Shown one piece after another: positions 47,686 through 59,444 of a DNA stretch of 64,000 nt. Origin of the DNA: Epithemia pelagica (taxonomy: Eukaryota; Protista; Bacillariophyta); the NCBI GenBank assembly GCA_946965045.2, contig OX337228.1, positions 3,410,001-3,474,000 of the forward strand, read 5' to 3'. The translations under genes and the position numbers were made by a program. Position 1 is the stretch's first letter. Each line of letters begins with the position of its first letter. Below the pieces are notes generated by a model. It worked only from the letters and a program-made list of their open reading frames with translations. It searched no databases and was not told the DNA's origin.

Positions 47686-50600
47686 ATGCTCATTGCTATG
47701 TATTCTTATTTGGTGATGATGAATCCGTTGCCCATTCTCTTCGCTTTCATTCGCTTGTTCCTCTCTCTTTGGTGCACCGTCTTGCCACAACGAAAACCTC
47801 GCCGTTCAACCACTCGCAAAACCCGTCGCTGCTTTCGCCTCTCGCCGATCTTGGTATTGCCTGGTCTGTTCTGTTGCTATTCGGGTGTGATGATGAGCAC
47901 ACATTCCTTCGTTTTGGGAATTGATGCACCGCTCACCAAGTTTCCATCGCTTGCCTTTGCAAGTCGCGTCTACCATCGACGCTTGTTTGGGCAACCCAAT
48001 AGCAAAATCACCCTTGCTTTCAAGTATCAACGACGAACCTTCTACCTTCCACCACGATGGCGTAGACGACGGAGACGCAAGCGTCGTGACCTTGACGACG
48101 CAAGCCCAGCAGACGACGATCCTCCACCTTCTCCGTTTCCAAAACCTCCTGACCCTGACCCGTTTGAGGAATTGTCTTTCTCCCTTCTGTTTCCAACGGC
48201 CGTCCCTCATCAAGCACAAGCAAACACCGCCGAGCCGTCAACAGAGGGAGCACCGTTGGCTTGGAACTTTCTTTCGGAATCCTCCGCCTCAACCTTTTCG
48301 GTCACGATCGATTCTGGTGCAACAATCACCATCACCCCATTTCGAGACGATTTTGTTGAATACTCTGCCCAAACTGGTTCAGTGCTGCAAGGATTGGCTA
48401 AGGGCCTCCCAATAGATGGAACCGGAATCGTCCGCTGGAGAATGCAACTTGACGACGGGAGCTACACCGAAATGGAAGCACCGGCTTACCATGTCTCCAC
48501 CGCTCGTTGCCGATTATTTTCTCCGCAAAGCTACTTGCAACACAAAGAAGCCACGTCCGACGAGAACGTGCTTGAAAGTTTTGTGATCCGTGGTTCGACT
48601 CTCCGGTTCGAAACCGCAGACGGCAAAGTTGCAAGCATCTCATACCATCCAGAAAACAACCTTCCTACGTGCACTATGGCGAATGTTCAACCTTCTCCGT
48701 CGGTGAATCAAGCATGTGTCACCCACACACAAAATCCAAACCTGACGACCGCACAAAAAGAACTAATGAAATGGCACTATCGGTTGTGCCATCATGGTTT
48801 GGCGGCTATTCAACGTCTTATGCAATCTGGAGCCCTTGGTCCGTCCTCTCTCATCAAGGCTGCATCCAAGTGTGAATTGCCCAAGTGCGCCAGTTGTCAA
48901 TTTGGCAAAGCAAAACGGCGTCCGACTGATACCTCCACGAAAACGATTGTCCGCGAGAGGGAGTATGGCTTGAAGAAAGACCAGTTGTTCCCCGGTCAAC
49001 GCGTTTCCATGGATCATTTTGTCGTCAAGCAAAAGGGCCGCCTCTATTCGTCTCGAGGCCAGTCTCACGAGGACAGCATGTACTCTGGTGGGTGTATCTT
49101 TGTCGACCACGCCACCGGGGACATCCATATTGAACACTTGGTCAATTTCACCGCCACCGAAACCATCGCCGCAAAACAGCGTTACGAAAAGCGCATGTTC
49201 GATTTCGGCATTACCGTGCAAGCGTACCAGTCGGATAACGGAATCTTCGCGTCGAAAGCCTTTGTCAACGAAATTGAATCTGGCTTGCAAAACATAAAGT
49301 TCAGTGGCGTCGGTGCCCATCATCAAAATGGGATTGCCGAACGTGGAATCGGAACCATCCTTTCAAAGGCACGCACCATTTTGCTCCATGCAGCCATTCG
49401 GTGGCCAGACGCTGCCGATACAAGTCTATGGCCGATGGCAGTTGACTATGTTGTATTCCAACATAACCACATGCCGCGTACCAGCACCGGCATGATGTCT
49501 CCCATGGAAATGATTATGAAATCAAAAGTGGGCAGACAAGCTCTTGAAGACATGCATGTATGGGGATGCCCCTGTTACGTCTTGGATCCAACTCTCCAAG
49601 ATGGACACAAGCTCCCAAAATGGAAGCCAAGGTCACGTCGTGGAATCTTCCTTGGTTTTTCCAAACGACATTCGTCCAGGGTGCCACTAGTCCTCAACAC
49701 GAAAACGGGACACATTTCACCGCAGTTCCACGTCGTCTTCGACGATTGGTTCTTAAGCGTGATCGGAACTGCATTGGACCGCCCATTCGATGAAGCTGAA
49801 TGGACTCAATTGTTTGGTGACTCCCGCTACCACTATGCATTTGATGAAGACGACCCGGTTGCTTTAGCGGATGAATGGGTGGAGCATCAACATGACAACG
49901 TTGACCGCTCATCTCAAATTCGGAAAACACAACAACGAGCTCGGTTTGAAGAACCAACCGATCCCATCAATGACGGGATGCAACAACAGAGGGAGCAGGA
50001 TGTGCCTACACCAAACCAACCGTCCGATCCAACTCAACCTCAACAACAAGAGGAACAGCCTTTACCACCTGTTGAAGAAGAACCTCCAGCCGCTGAAACT
50101 TGAAGTTTACCACTAAATCAAAAGGGCAAGCCGTGATAGGCTTTTCGAGACTTTTAGTATCTAAAGTCAGAGTAGAGCTGTTCCTTAACTCTCCCTCTCA
50201 GAACAGCGGTTTCCCAAGCCGCTTTACTGCCTTATCCAGTGTGCCACCTCACCTGGACCCTCCCCGTTGTACTGTAGGCTTGCTCTTTTTGCTAAAGAAG
50301 CTTACTCTACAGTCTCGATCTGTCGACCTCACTAGGGGGTTAGCCATGTGTGAACGACGAACCGCTACCAACTTGAAGTTTACCACTAAATCAAAAGGGC
50401 AAGCCGTGATAGGCTTTTCGAGACTTTTAGTATCTAAAGTCAGAGTAGAGCTGTTCCTTAACTCTGAAGAACCTCCTCTTCAACCACCACAACAACCACA
50501 ACCAGATACCGAGGAACCACCACCGACTCCTCCCCGTCGCTCCGGTAGAACGCGCAAGGCGCCACTCCGTTGGGGATACGATGGCACACGAGGTGCAGGC

Positions 50601-52268
50601 TACCGAGCCTTGGCGAGTTTCGCTGCATTTGTTACCAACGCTATGACAGGCACAGCCTATCAAGTGTACGTCAACGTGGACTCCGAGTCAGACACCTTCG
50701 GTTTTCGCGACCCAATTGCCTTTCAAGCTTCAAACAAAAAGAACAACCCAGACTTGCCGTCCTACTACGAGGCAATGACTGGTGATGACCGTGAGGGCTA
50801 TATCGCAGCCATGGGCAACGAAGTAAAGGAGCTGGAGGACAAAGGAACATGGGTACTTACTCTACGGTCCGAAATGGAAAGACGTGGCGGAAAGGCCCTG
50901 CCATCAACCTGGGCATTTCGAAGAAAGCGCTACCCCGACGGATCAGTGCGAAAATTGAAGGCAAGATTGTGTGTCAGAGGAGACAAACAGACGTACAGGC
51001 TCGACTACTTCGAGACTTATGCACCTGTTGTCCAATGGATAAGGATTTGGCTGGTATTGTTGATGGTCCTTGTCTTTAGTTGGGAGACAGTCCAAACGGA
51101 CTACACCAATGCCTTCGCTCAAGCATTCCTCACAGAGGATGTCTACATGGAGTTGCCGAAGGACTTTGCACCGGACACCGAAGACGGTGAAGAATATGTG
51201 TTGCACTTGAAGAAAAGCCTTTATGGCTTAAAGCAAGCGCCTCTCTCGTGGTATGACCACCTAAAGAGTCATTTGGAACAACGTGGATTTAAACAGAGTC
51301 CGTTTGATCCATGCCTATTCTACGACCCAAACAAACGGATCCTATGCCTTGTATACATTGACGATGTAATTTGGGCCGGACCGGACAAAGCACGCATTAT
51401 GAAAGTATTGGAATCGCTCAAGGACGATTTGGAGATGACGGTTGAGGGAGACGTATCAGCGTACCTCGGCATCGACTTCGAACGTCTCAGCAACGGCCAA
51501 ATCAAACTGAAACAATATGGCCTCATTGACAAAGTGTTGAACGCAACAGGGCTACAAGATTGTAACCCAGACAAGACTCCAGCGAGTCAAAAGCCGCTCG
51601 GTAAAGACCAAGACGGAGAGGACTACGCAGAACAGTGGAGCTACGCGTCAGTGGTAGGCATGCTATTGTATTTGGCGTCCAACTCACGCCCAGAGATTGC
51701 CTACGCCGTGCACCAGTGTGCAAGATTCACACACAACCCCAAGGCATCACATGCCAAAGCAGTCAAACGCATCTGCCGATATTTGAAGGGAACAAGAGAT
51801 CAAGGGATGATCCTGACTCCCTCAAAGGATTGCCTGTCCGTTGATTGCTACGTGGATGCTGATTTTGCAGGGCAGTGGAACAGTGAGGATCCGCAGGATC
51901 CGCTTTGTGTGAAATCACGAACCGGCTATGTGTTGATGGTTGCAGATTGTCCAGTTCATTGGGTATCCAAGTTGCAAACAGAGATTGCTGTATCAACCAT
52001 GGAAGCTGAGTACATCGCCCTCAGTCTTGCCATGAGAGACCTCATTCCACTTCGAGGTCTGGTGGATGAAATCAAAACCATGTTTGACATTGATGAGCTC
52101 CCTTGCAGAGCATACTCGAAAGTATTTGAAGACAACAATGGTACGATCCTTTTGGCGACTTCACCACGCATGACTCCTCGCTCCAAGCATATTGCAGTGA
52201 AATATCACTTCTTCAAGGAGCACGTATACAACTTTCAACGAGCGAGAAAGATGCTGGCTGGATGGTAA
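47686..52268 (+). pseudogene. pol of Copia B, interrupted by the TRIM and truncated in RNase H
   Basis: TIDSGAT protease; WHYRLCH..CELPKCASC, SMDHF, SDNGIF, AERGIG integrase; LKARLCVRG, DYTNAF, YIDD RT; YVDADFAG, STMEAEY RNase H. Removing 50098-50468 fuses the two ORFs in frame. Confidence 0.93.
50098..50463 (-). mobile_element. TRIM-like miniature LTR retrotransposon, 366 bp
   Basis: Identical 93-bp direct repeats (50098-50190, 50371-50463), CTGAA TSD (50093-97, 50464-68), PBS TGGTAGCGG (50362-70) and PPT CTGAGAGGGAG (50191-201), all on the minus strand. Confidence 0.88.
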
Positions 52269-53285
52269 TCATGCACGACTATATGTTTACGCGGCTACTA
52301 CGTCTGAGAGGGAGTGTCACAAAGTGGGGCGTACTGTCCATCAGTGGGGTTGACCGGCAGTCTTGTAGCGCGCGTGTCGGCATGGGAAAGTAGATAGATT
52401 CAAATTCCCACTCTCACCATAATTTCCAAATCTGTTGTTTTGATCTTCCTTTTTCGTCGTTAGCCGCATCATCAGACCAAGTTGACCATAGTGAAGCATC
52501 AACTCTTTGCTGCGTACAACTTCGAGCAACAGCGATATCGTCTGTTGCGACATCTTGGTAATCTTGTTGCTTCCTTCCCACCAGGATTTGGAAGACTTCA
52601 AAACCTTGCCTTCGGTCCACCAAAATGGCCAACCCATCGCCGCCCGTTCATTCCGTCACAGTACACTTGATTCTGAGGACTCCGTGGTGGTCGGAGGAGT
52701 GCTAGCACCTTTAGTTGGAGGTGCACACCGGCTTGAGTTTGCCATGTTGGTGCCATGCAGTGTATCATGACCGTGGTTTCCTAAACCACCGGCCCAGATA
52801 ACTATAGACAATAGAGTACAATTATGAAAAGCACGGCTAACTGTGGGGGAATTTTTCGGCCCCCGGAGTCCGTACGAGTAGTAACCTTATCACGAAGAGA
52901 CGACTCGCAATCGCAACGGGAACAGGAACAATGTTTTCTGTGCGTCCGTATTACGACAGATGCACCTTGGACAACCTGTACAATTCACACCATAAAAATC
53001 GCCTTCCGCTTCCGCCTCTTTGGCATCATAGATATCTGCATACTCCACGCTCTTTCGCGATATAACCTCTACTATTAGGAAGGAGTAAAAAGATCCCGGG
53101 GCTAAGCGAAGCACGAACACAGGACCACCTGCCACGAGGATAGTATGAGCAAATAGGTGCCGGTGGTACGTCATTAATGCAACACTTGTGTCCGAAGTGT
53201 ATCTTCCAGGTTTCTGTCCTATTCGAGGTAGACGCTTGCATTCTGTATCGCGCAACTTGTCTCAAGTCTGTATAGAATACCGACA

Positions 53286-56081
53286 ATGAAATGTGTCAAC
53301 AAGGCAAATCCGCACCGTTCATCTGCCAAGTTTCACAAGCAGGGAAAGAACTCATCGGGGAAGGATGAATCACCCAATGTTGGCAAAGGAAGAACGAATC
53401 GAAGCAATGACGAGCGTCAGGTGAAATCCCCATCGTCCCCGTCGAAATGGCAAAAGAAGAAGAACAGTTACTCTTCCTCCATTCGTCGTTCGTCGTCTTC
53501 TGTCAGCAACTGGCGAGTAATAGCGACAAGTCCGAGTTCACGGCATCTTATGAGAGCTGTGTCTGGTCTCGGCATGGAGGATCCCGTTCTTGAAACCAAG
53601 GAATTGAAAACCATCTCAAAGCTTTATCCATGTCGGGCCATGGATGATAATGGAATGCATGGTGATGTGAGGAGCACTGTGTCCGTTGCAAGCGACCCTA
53701 CTGCCGACCTGCAGACTGGAATGGATACGGCACTCTTTAAATCTTGCGTGGGAGATCTTGCAAGACTTTCGAGCTTTTCACGGGCAGTCCTAGGTCGCTC
53801 CTTCCATTTGCCTGCCCGTACCAAAGATGGACGAACAACGGATCCACCAAATTCCAATTGCAAAAATGATGCGCGAAAGAACGGACGAGGTATCCGTTGT
53901 AACTCACCTTTGTACCGAGGTTTGACGTTGGACGACGTATTGCGCGGCGCCTCGGCCGGGAGAGGCATTGATGGCAACGTAAGAACTCGTGGAGACAGGT
54001 ACAATGACCCTCCGAAACGTGCCGTACGAAAAAGCTCCTTTGTTGAACACAATGAACGAGACAAAGCTCCACACATTGCTCAGAGACAAGCTTCGCTCAA
54101 AGGAATACTAAGAAATGACATATGTTTAGATGAACTCAACGATCAGTCGATGTCGACGGGAGTGAGCGAGAGTTCCTCAGAGTCATCCTCACAGTCTCCG
54201 ACCAGACAGGAGAGTATGGGGCAACTGGAGTTGCAAGTCGTTGTGAAATCCTCGGCAATGGCGAATTCAGAGAGTGCTGACATGCCTCCAAAGATGGCGC
54301 AACGAATGCAGTCAGGATCACCTGACGAGTTGAAAGAAGAGAGAGGTCTAGGACCATTAACTCCGTGTTTCCATGAGAGTAAACAAAGCGAATCTTGCAA
54401 AGCTCCCGACGAAACACCAAGGCGTGTGATGGAAGTTGCACAAAGAAAAGAATTTGTGTTGTCGACGTCCGCTGGTGAGTGTCACCGCCGAGAGATGGTC
54501 CAAGCTCAAACATCCCGCACAAGCAAGACAGACCCATCGTCTGACGAGGAGCTTATCCATGAGGCGAATGATCGTACTAACGCGCGTGTCAAAGATAGGG
54601 CAGCTGTCACTGCCCTAGCGCCACGAGAGTACCGACACTGTATTCAAGAACGGCCCCGACAAAGTATTCAAGAACGGCCTCCAAGACGCATTTTGAACCG
54701 AGCCTTGGTCGGACTATTCAATCCCTTCAAGCAAAGTGCCCCTGAGGAAGAGGCTTTACCGGAACTGAAAAACTTGCCATGTCAAGGAGATAAAACCGAT
54801 GACCCTTCAGACGATGTGATGCAGGTTTTCACTGAGTCCATGCCAGAAATTTATTCAGATGAACTCAGTGATTTTTTCGATACCCCAGAGGTTTCATTGT
54901 TCAACAAGAATTTGGAAGGTACGACAAAACCCATCTTATCAACAAGAAAAGCTACTGTTACACGTCATTGCATTTCTGCCATGTGTAGAGAGAAGCCTCG
55001 GAGAGCATCTGTTCTATTGAATGTGTCTTCAGGGTCCCAACATATCCATAACAAGCCAAGGGAAGAATTGGATCCGAACATTGAAGAAGTCCATACTGAA
55101 TTGAGCCCCAGTCTCCAGGCGGGTAGAGCTTTTAAGAGGGATTCCTCTCTTGAAGGTCCTCGACACTCTGCAATTTTCCATCAAAGACGGCGAGAAAAAC
55201 TCTCATCAGAAACGTCACAAAGGTTGAAATCCCAGACAGAAAATAATAATGAACCAATGAGAAGACCAGTGAGAAAAGACTCCCCAAACACGCTATCTCC
55301 AGTAAGAGCTGCGTCATCTCTGAATGGACCACTCGAACTGCCTCTGTCCTCCCCTCCAAGAGACTGCATCATGGGAATTCCGCAACGAGTGGAATCCGGA
55401 GACATTAGGTTGTATTTGAATGAGAAAACTACAACTTCGACTATCTTGTCATCACCAGACACTCCTGCAGACGAAGGAGAATCTACAGTTGTTATTAACG
55501 ACACGGAAATAACCTTGTCGGCATCTGTCGACGAAGAGCTCTCCATACCGACTTATGGGAGCTATCTATCAGCTGACGAAGAGCTATGTGAAGGTCGACA
55601 TGGGACACAAGCAGATGGCACTTGCATTAGTGCTGCGGAATCTACCATTGCTTTGAATTTGACCGTGGATTCAGATCGGGACGGGTCGTTTCTACAGGCT
55701 ATACACAGCAGTAGCAACCACGCTCAGAGCAAAGCAAAGAAGAACAACCGAAGAGGGGGAGAATTGACACATGAAAGTTACCGGAGCACAGATTCGACCG
55801 TGTCCTTCCCCATGCAAAGATGGGATGCTCTGAACTTGACAAGGCATTCCGAACTAAATGCACCGTCCTTCCATCGCACATCAACACACCATACCGCTCT
55901 AACGCGTCAGACTGATTCCACAATTCATATGCCGGGGAGTAATATGAACACTACAAATCATACGACGGATAGCTTCGGTGCATCAAGCTGGATAACTGAA
56001 GAAAGTTTGGCTAGCTACAGGCTGGACATTCTTGAAGACTTCCCACCTCAATATGTTGAGGATGCACATTTTCAAACTTGA
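53286..56081 (+). CDS. Hypothetical Ser/Arg-rich, largely disordered protein with recurring PPxxxxRxxS-like motifs
   Basis: 931-aa uninterrupted ORF; PPKRAVRKSS, PPKMAQRMQS, PMRRPVRKDS, GIPQRVES. No domain recognised. Confidence 0.7.
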   Translation: MKCVNKANPHRSSAKFHKQGKNSSGKDESPNVGKGRTNRSNDERQVKSPSSPSKWQKKKNSYSSSIRRSSSSVSNWRVIATSPSSRHLMRAVSGLGMEDPVLETKELKTISKLYPCRAMDDNGMHGDVRSTVSVASDPTADLQTGMDTALFKSCVGDLARLSSFSRAVLGRSFHLPARTKDGRTTDPPNSNCKNDARKNGRGIRCNSPLYRGLTLDDVLRGASAGRGIDGNVRTRGDRYNDPPKRAVRKSSFVEHNERDKAPHIAQRQASLKGILRNDICLDELNDQSMSTGVSESSSESSSQSPTRQESMGQLELQVVVKSSAMANSESADMPPKMAQRMQSGSPDELKEERGLGPLTPCFHESKQSESCKAPDETPRRVMEVAQRKEFVLSTSAGECHRREMVQAQTSRTSKTDPSSDEELIHEANDRTNARVKDRAAVTALAPREYRHCIQERPRQSIQERPPRRILNRALVGLFNPFKQSAPEEEALPELKNLPCQGDKTDDPSDDVMQVFTESMPEIYSDELSDFFDTPEVSLFNKNLEGTTKPILSTRKATVTRHCISAMCREKPRRASVLLNVSSGSQHIHNKPREELDPNIEEVHTELSPSLQAGRAFKRDSSLEGPRHSAIFHQRRREKLSSETSQRLKSQTENNNEPMRRPVRKDSPNTLSPVRAASSLNGPLELPLSSPPRDCIMGIPQRVESGDIRLYLNEKTTTSTILSSPDTPADEGESTVVINDTEITLSASVDEELSIPTYGSYLSADEELCEGRHGTQADGTCISAAESTIALNLTVDSDRDGSFLQAIHSSSNHAQSKAKKNNRRGGELTHESYRSTDSTVSFPMQRWDALNLTRHSELNAPSFHRTSTHHTALTRQTDSTIHMPGSNMNTTNHTTDSFGASSWITEESLASYRLDILEDFPPQYVEDAHFQT

Positions 56082-56171
56082 TTCAGTGCTTCCTGTGGTA
56101 GCCGAAACAATCTTTCAATGATGGTTTGCCTTGCTGTGCCGTGTGTTCAACGAGATAGTATCAAACAGCTT

Positions 56172-56621
56172 TTATTTAGCAAATGGGGATACAAATTCAA
56201 CGACGCCCGTCTTTGGATTCATGCGAGTCTTCTTCATTTGTCTTAATTTCTTTTTGGACATTGTCTTGAGTTTGAGATTGGCTGTATCGTAGTTGAGCGT
56301 TTGGGCAGATTTCTTGATGTTACTGTATTCATTTTCGGCTCGTCTTCTTTCATTCTCCAGTCTTCGTTCTTTCTTTGCTCTAATCTCGTTTACCTTGGCT
56401 TCTTTAAGCTCATTTTGTAAAGCAAGGATTTCTTTCCGTGCACGTTTTTCTTCCAAACGATCTTGCCATGGCTTTGACTGATTGTTTTTCTTTGTGATGA
56501 CAAGAGATGAAGCTCGTTTTTGGGTACGCAACTTCCACGACCGCCCAGAGACATTTCGAGCCTTTTCACCAGGTATGTGCGATGATCCATCTATTCCTCC
56601 ATCGTTTTCGTCGAGACTCAT
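56172..56621 (-). CDS. CGR1: Cgr1/CCDC86-family nucleolar rRNA-processing protein
   Basis: NVSGRSWK, W..R...K.......LQ.ELKE, RRLENERRRAENE, KLKTMSKKKLRQMKK motifs; start at ATG 56621. Confidence 0.8.
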   Translation of the reverse strand: MSLDENDGGIDGSSHIPGEKARNVSGRSWKLRTQKRASSLVITKKNNQSKPWQDRLEEKRARKEILALQNELKEAKVNEIRAKKERRLENERRRAENEYSNIKKSAQTLNYDTANLKLKTMSKKKLRQMKKTRMNPKTGVVEFVSPFAK

Positions 56622-57782
56622 TTTGACAAAAGAATCAGAGACGCAACAAGAACTCAGTGTCGAAAAGTACAAACTACAATGGATGTTGTCCCGTGGTATG
56701 GTGGTTGATGTCGTTGGAGTTGTGTTCGTTGGTGGAGATTGGTGGTTAGGGTGGGTCTTTCTTGAGTAAGTCACATTAGAGACGCATTAAATAGTGTTCT
56801 GCAGGAGTACCTCTCTACTCTAGCTAGCTACTCTCTAGAGTAGAGAGTAGTAGAGATTATTGTAGGAGTAGCTACTAGGAGTACTCTAGCTAGGAAGTAG
56901 AGCTAGCTTTTAGAGGTAGTAAAAATAGCTCTTCTTTCTCTCTACCCATATCTTATTATTACTCCTCTAGCTAGCTAGCTAGATAGTAGCTGGAGATTAG
57001 TTCCGTTGTCACTTCTGCCTTCTGTTGCCTTCTAATCTCCGGCCAATGACGGTTCAAAAGAAATGTCAAAGTACGTCATCCCATCGTTCGTTTCGCGCAT
57101 CCTCTGTTCCTGAAAGAAGCCAATACGGGGGCCCCTATGAACTTTGACTCTCGGTAGGAGATGCGTGAGACAGAAGACAAAGCAAACAGAAGACATCGCC
57201 ATCGCAAAGATACAAGGTCAATGTCGTTGGGGAGTAGCTCTTCTGATTTCAGACTTACAATTTTGGGGGAACGGGTCCTGGAATGGATCAGAATTATTTG
57301 ATTGTTCAACCGAAGGATACTTTTCGTGCGTTTCTGTGTCTTTATTCATCATTCATCATCGAAGTCTTGAACGACCAGGGATATTCCATTGGACTAACTA
57401 TACTCCTCATCACTCCACTTAGTATCGAATTTAGAAAACTCATCTATTTTCTATTGTTGGTGATAGGAGGAGTTTGATCCCGTGCTCAATTCCACACCTC
57501 AGATCCACTCCTTTCTATTTTTAATACTTGTCAAAGAAATTACAGGCCTTGATAACTCTGGAGATTATTTGGAGTGACACCACGGGCCACGGGGGCAAGT
57601 GGGCAATGTCAGGGTGAGCAGTGATTCAGCTGTAAGCCATCATTGGTACTTCAAAATAAGAATTCTTGGCTGACATCTGCAATCTCCACTCAACTCTGAA
57701 ATCAGGTCAAACACAAAAAATTGTGCAGCGATTGGAGGCGTTGAAGGAAGAGCAGTAGTTAGCTGCGGGGATAGGCAGCAGT

Positions 57783-59016
57783 ATGTCTGCTCCTGATCCA
57801 CAGGATGTTACTCATCTCGTCGCCTGTCTGCTCAGCGTAGAACGAGGAGAGGATGGCGATGTTGGCAGTTCACGGGGAGAAGGTTCTGAACTTCATACCC
57901 AGTTCGTCTCCCGTTTCTCAAAGGACAATGACCACATTGAGTTCAGTTGTCCGGCCATGTCACTTGTACACGACGATCCGTTGAATTTTAACCACGAGAA
58001 TCCAAAAGAGGCGGAAAAGTCGGCTTTTCAGCTTCTTTCTCGTCCCATGGGTTTCGAATTTGCTGGTGAAACCTCCAATTTAAGTCAAGGGGAACTCACA
58101 TACGAAAAGCTAGTGGAAGTACGCAGCATTCTTTTGATGAATATCAGTGAGTCCTTTGCACTGCTAGTTGACAGTCGTCTTCGTGCGCATGGAACGTTCA
58201 TGGAAATGCATGGTCTTTCAGTCGCGGAGAAAAAAGTTGGGGAAAGCGGCGGACTTGACCAAAAGCTACAAACTCTTCTGGAAATCGGAAATAGAGTTAC
58301 TGTTGGTAGGACCAAGGTAAAAGTCAATGTTCGCGAATCGCGGTCTGCAACGAAACAGATGGCTTCCTCTGATGTATCGTTTGAGGTTTTGATGGAATTG
58401 CACATTGACTCTGTTGATGAAGCACCAAGTACATATCTCAACATTCGATTTGAGGCACAAGGCTCACTGAAAGGTACGTTCGTGTTTGGCGTAAAAAATT
58501 TGGTTGGTAACAATAACTTACATGAAGCGTTTTCTGGCCATAGCCTTCTCCAGTTCTAGTAGGTGGGATGTCAAACTTGAAGTTGATACCTCGTTTCTTC
58601 TCTCGCAGATGAAAGCTAGTGCCGCTGAAGTGGTTTCACGCGTTGTAGACATTACCAATGCACTATTCGGCTGTCCTGATCAATCGTTTGGCCATCGAAA
58701 GAGTTCCACAGCCGCCTTGCCTTCGGACCAGGAATCAACATCTGAGTCGCGATCACTAAGTACTAACAATCAGGCGCTGGTCTCACCTGATTTCTCTGCC
58801 TTTTCCCACGGACAAGAAATTCCTCACATGATGTTGAATGATGAAGTTTCAGAAGCATCTGACCTTTCACCAGATCAGTGCGCAAGCATATTGGACGATG
58901 TGTTCGAAGACGTGGATATTGCAGTCTTCTCATCGTCACCAAGCGAAAGCACACAACCTGCTGATCGCGATTACCGCATCAGTCGTCCGCAAAAGAAGAT
59001 GAGAACTGCAAAGTGA
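57783..59016 (+). CDS. Hypothetical protein; exons 57783-58473, 58544-59016
   Basis: A 70-bp gtacg...catag intron (58474-58543) joins two overlapping ORFs in frame. Confidence 0.7.
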
Positions 59017-59444
59017 ACAACAGAAATTCAATACTCTCATTCTTTTGCCTTACAAAACTGAGCAGCTCGAACATTCACATTTCGCTGTACAAATCCATTC
59101 ACGCCGAGTAAACACGCTCATAGCGCTCTGCAACCAGATCATTTTGTTCATACCCCTGACGATTTTTGCGAAAGAGCACACACTCGCTACTACATGTTGA
59201 AACAATATTGCCACGTAACTGACATGCTTTGGCATTGTGATCTTAAGATACCCAGACAAGCTCAAGACTACAAATGGGAACATGTCCCCTTGTATTGGAG
59301 TGAAGTACATAAGGAACCGCATCGATTATAGTAGAGATACCACTCAATCAAATAATTCATTTAATCTTAGTCATATTTTTCTTTCGCTAAGCCCGTTCGC
59401 TGCATTTTGTCCATGATTGTGTCAAATCAGGACCAGCCTAATAA

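Larger units (their letters stand above)
45827..52552 (+). mobile_element. Ty1/Copia LTR retrotransposon B (CoDi-like), 6726 bp including the TRIM insertion
   Basis: 238-bp TG...CA LTRs (45827-46064, 52315-52552; 4 mismatches), TCTTG TSD, PBS ggttatgagcccaag (46065-79), PPT gagagggag (52306-14). Confidence 0.96.
37558..52876. mobile_element. Non-autonomous TIR element (about 1.5 kb of its own sequence) split by two Copia insertions
   Basis: 35/35 inverted repeat at 37558-37592 and 52842-52876, with AGTA on both flanks (or TA if ends are 4 bp further in). Internal pieces 37593-38221, 45280-45826 and 52558-52841 are degenerate and low-complexity. Confidence 0.82.

Noticed and set aside
50100-50468. 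N-terminal 120 aa of track ORF 50100-52268 with duplicated KFTTKSKGQAV
   Set aside because: Read-through of the TRIM insertion, not native pol sequence.
52890-53255. 121-aa minus-strand ORF
   Set aside because: No recognisable motifs; it lies between a TE end and the next gene start and is likely chance.
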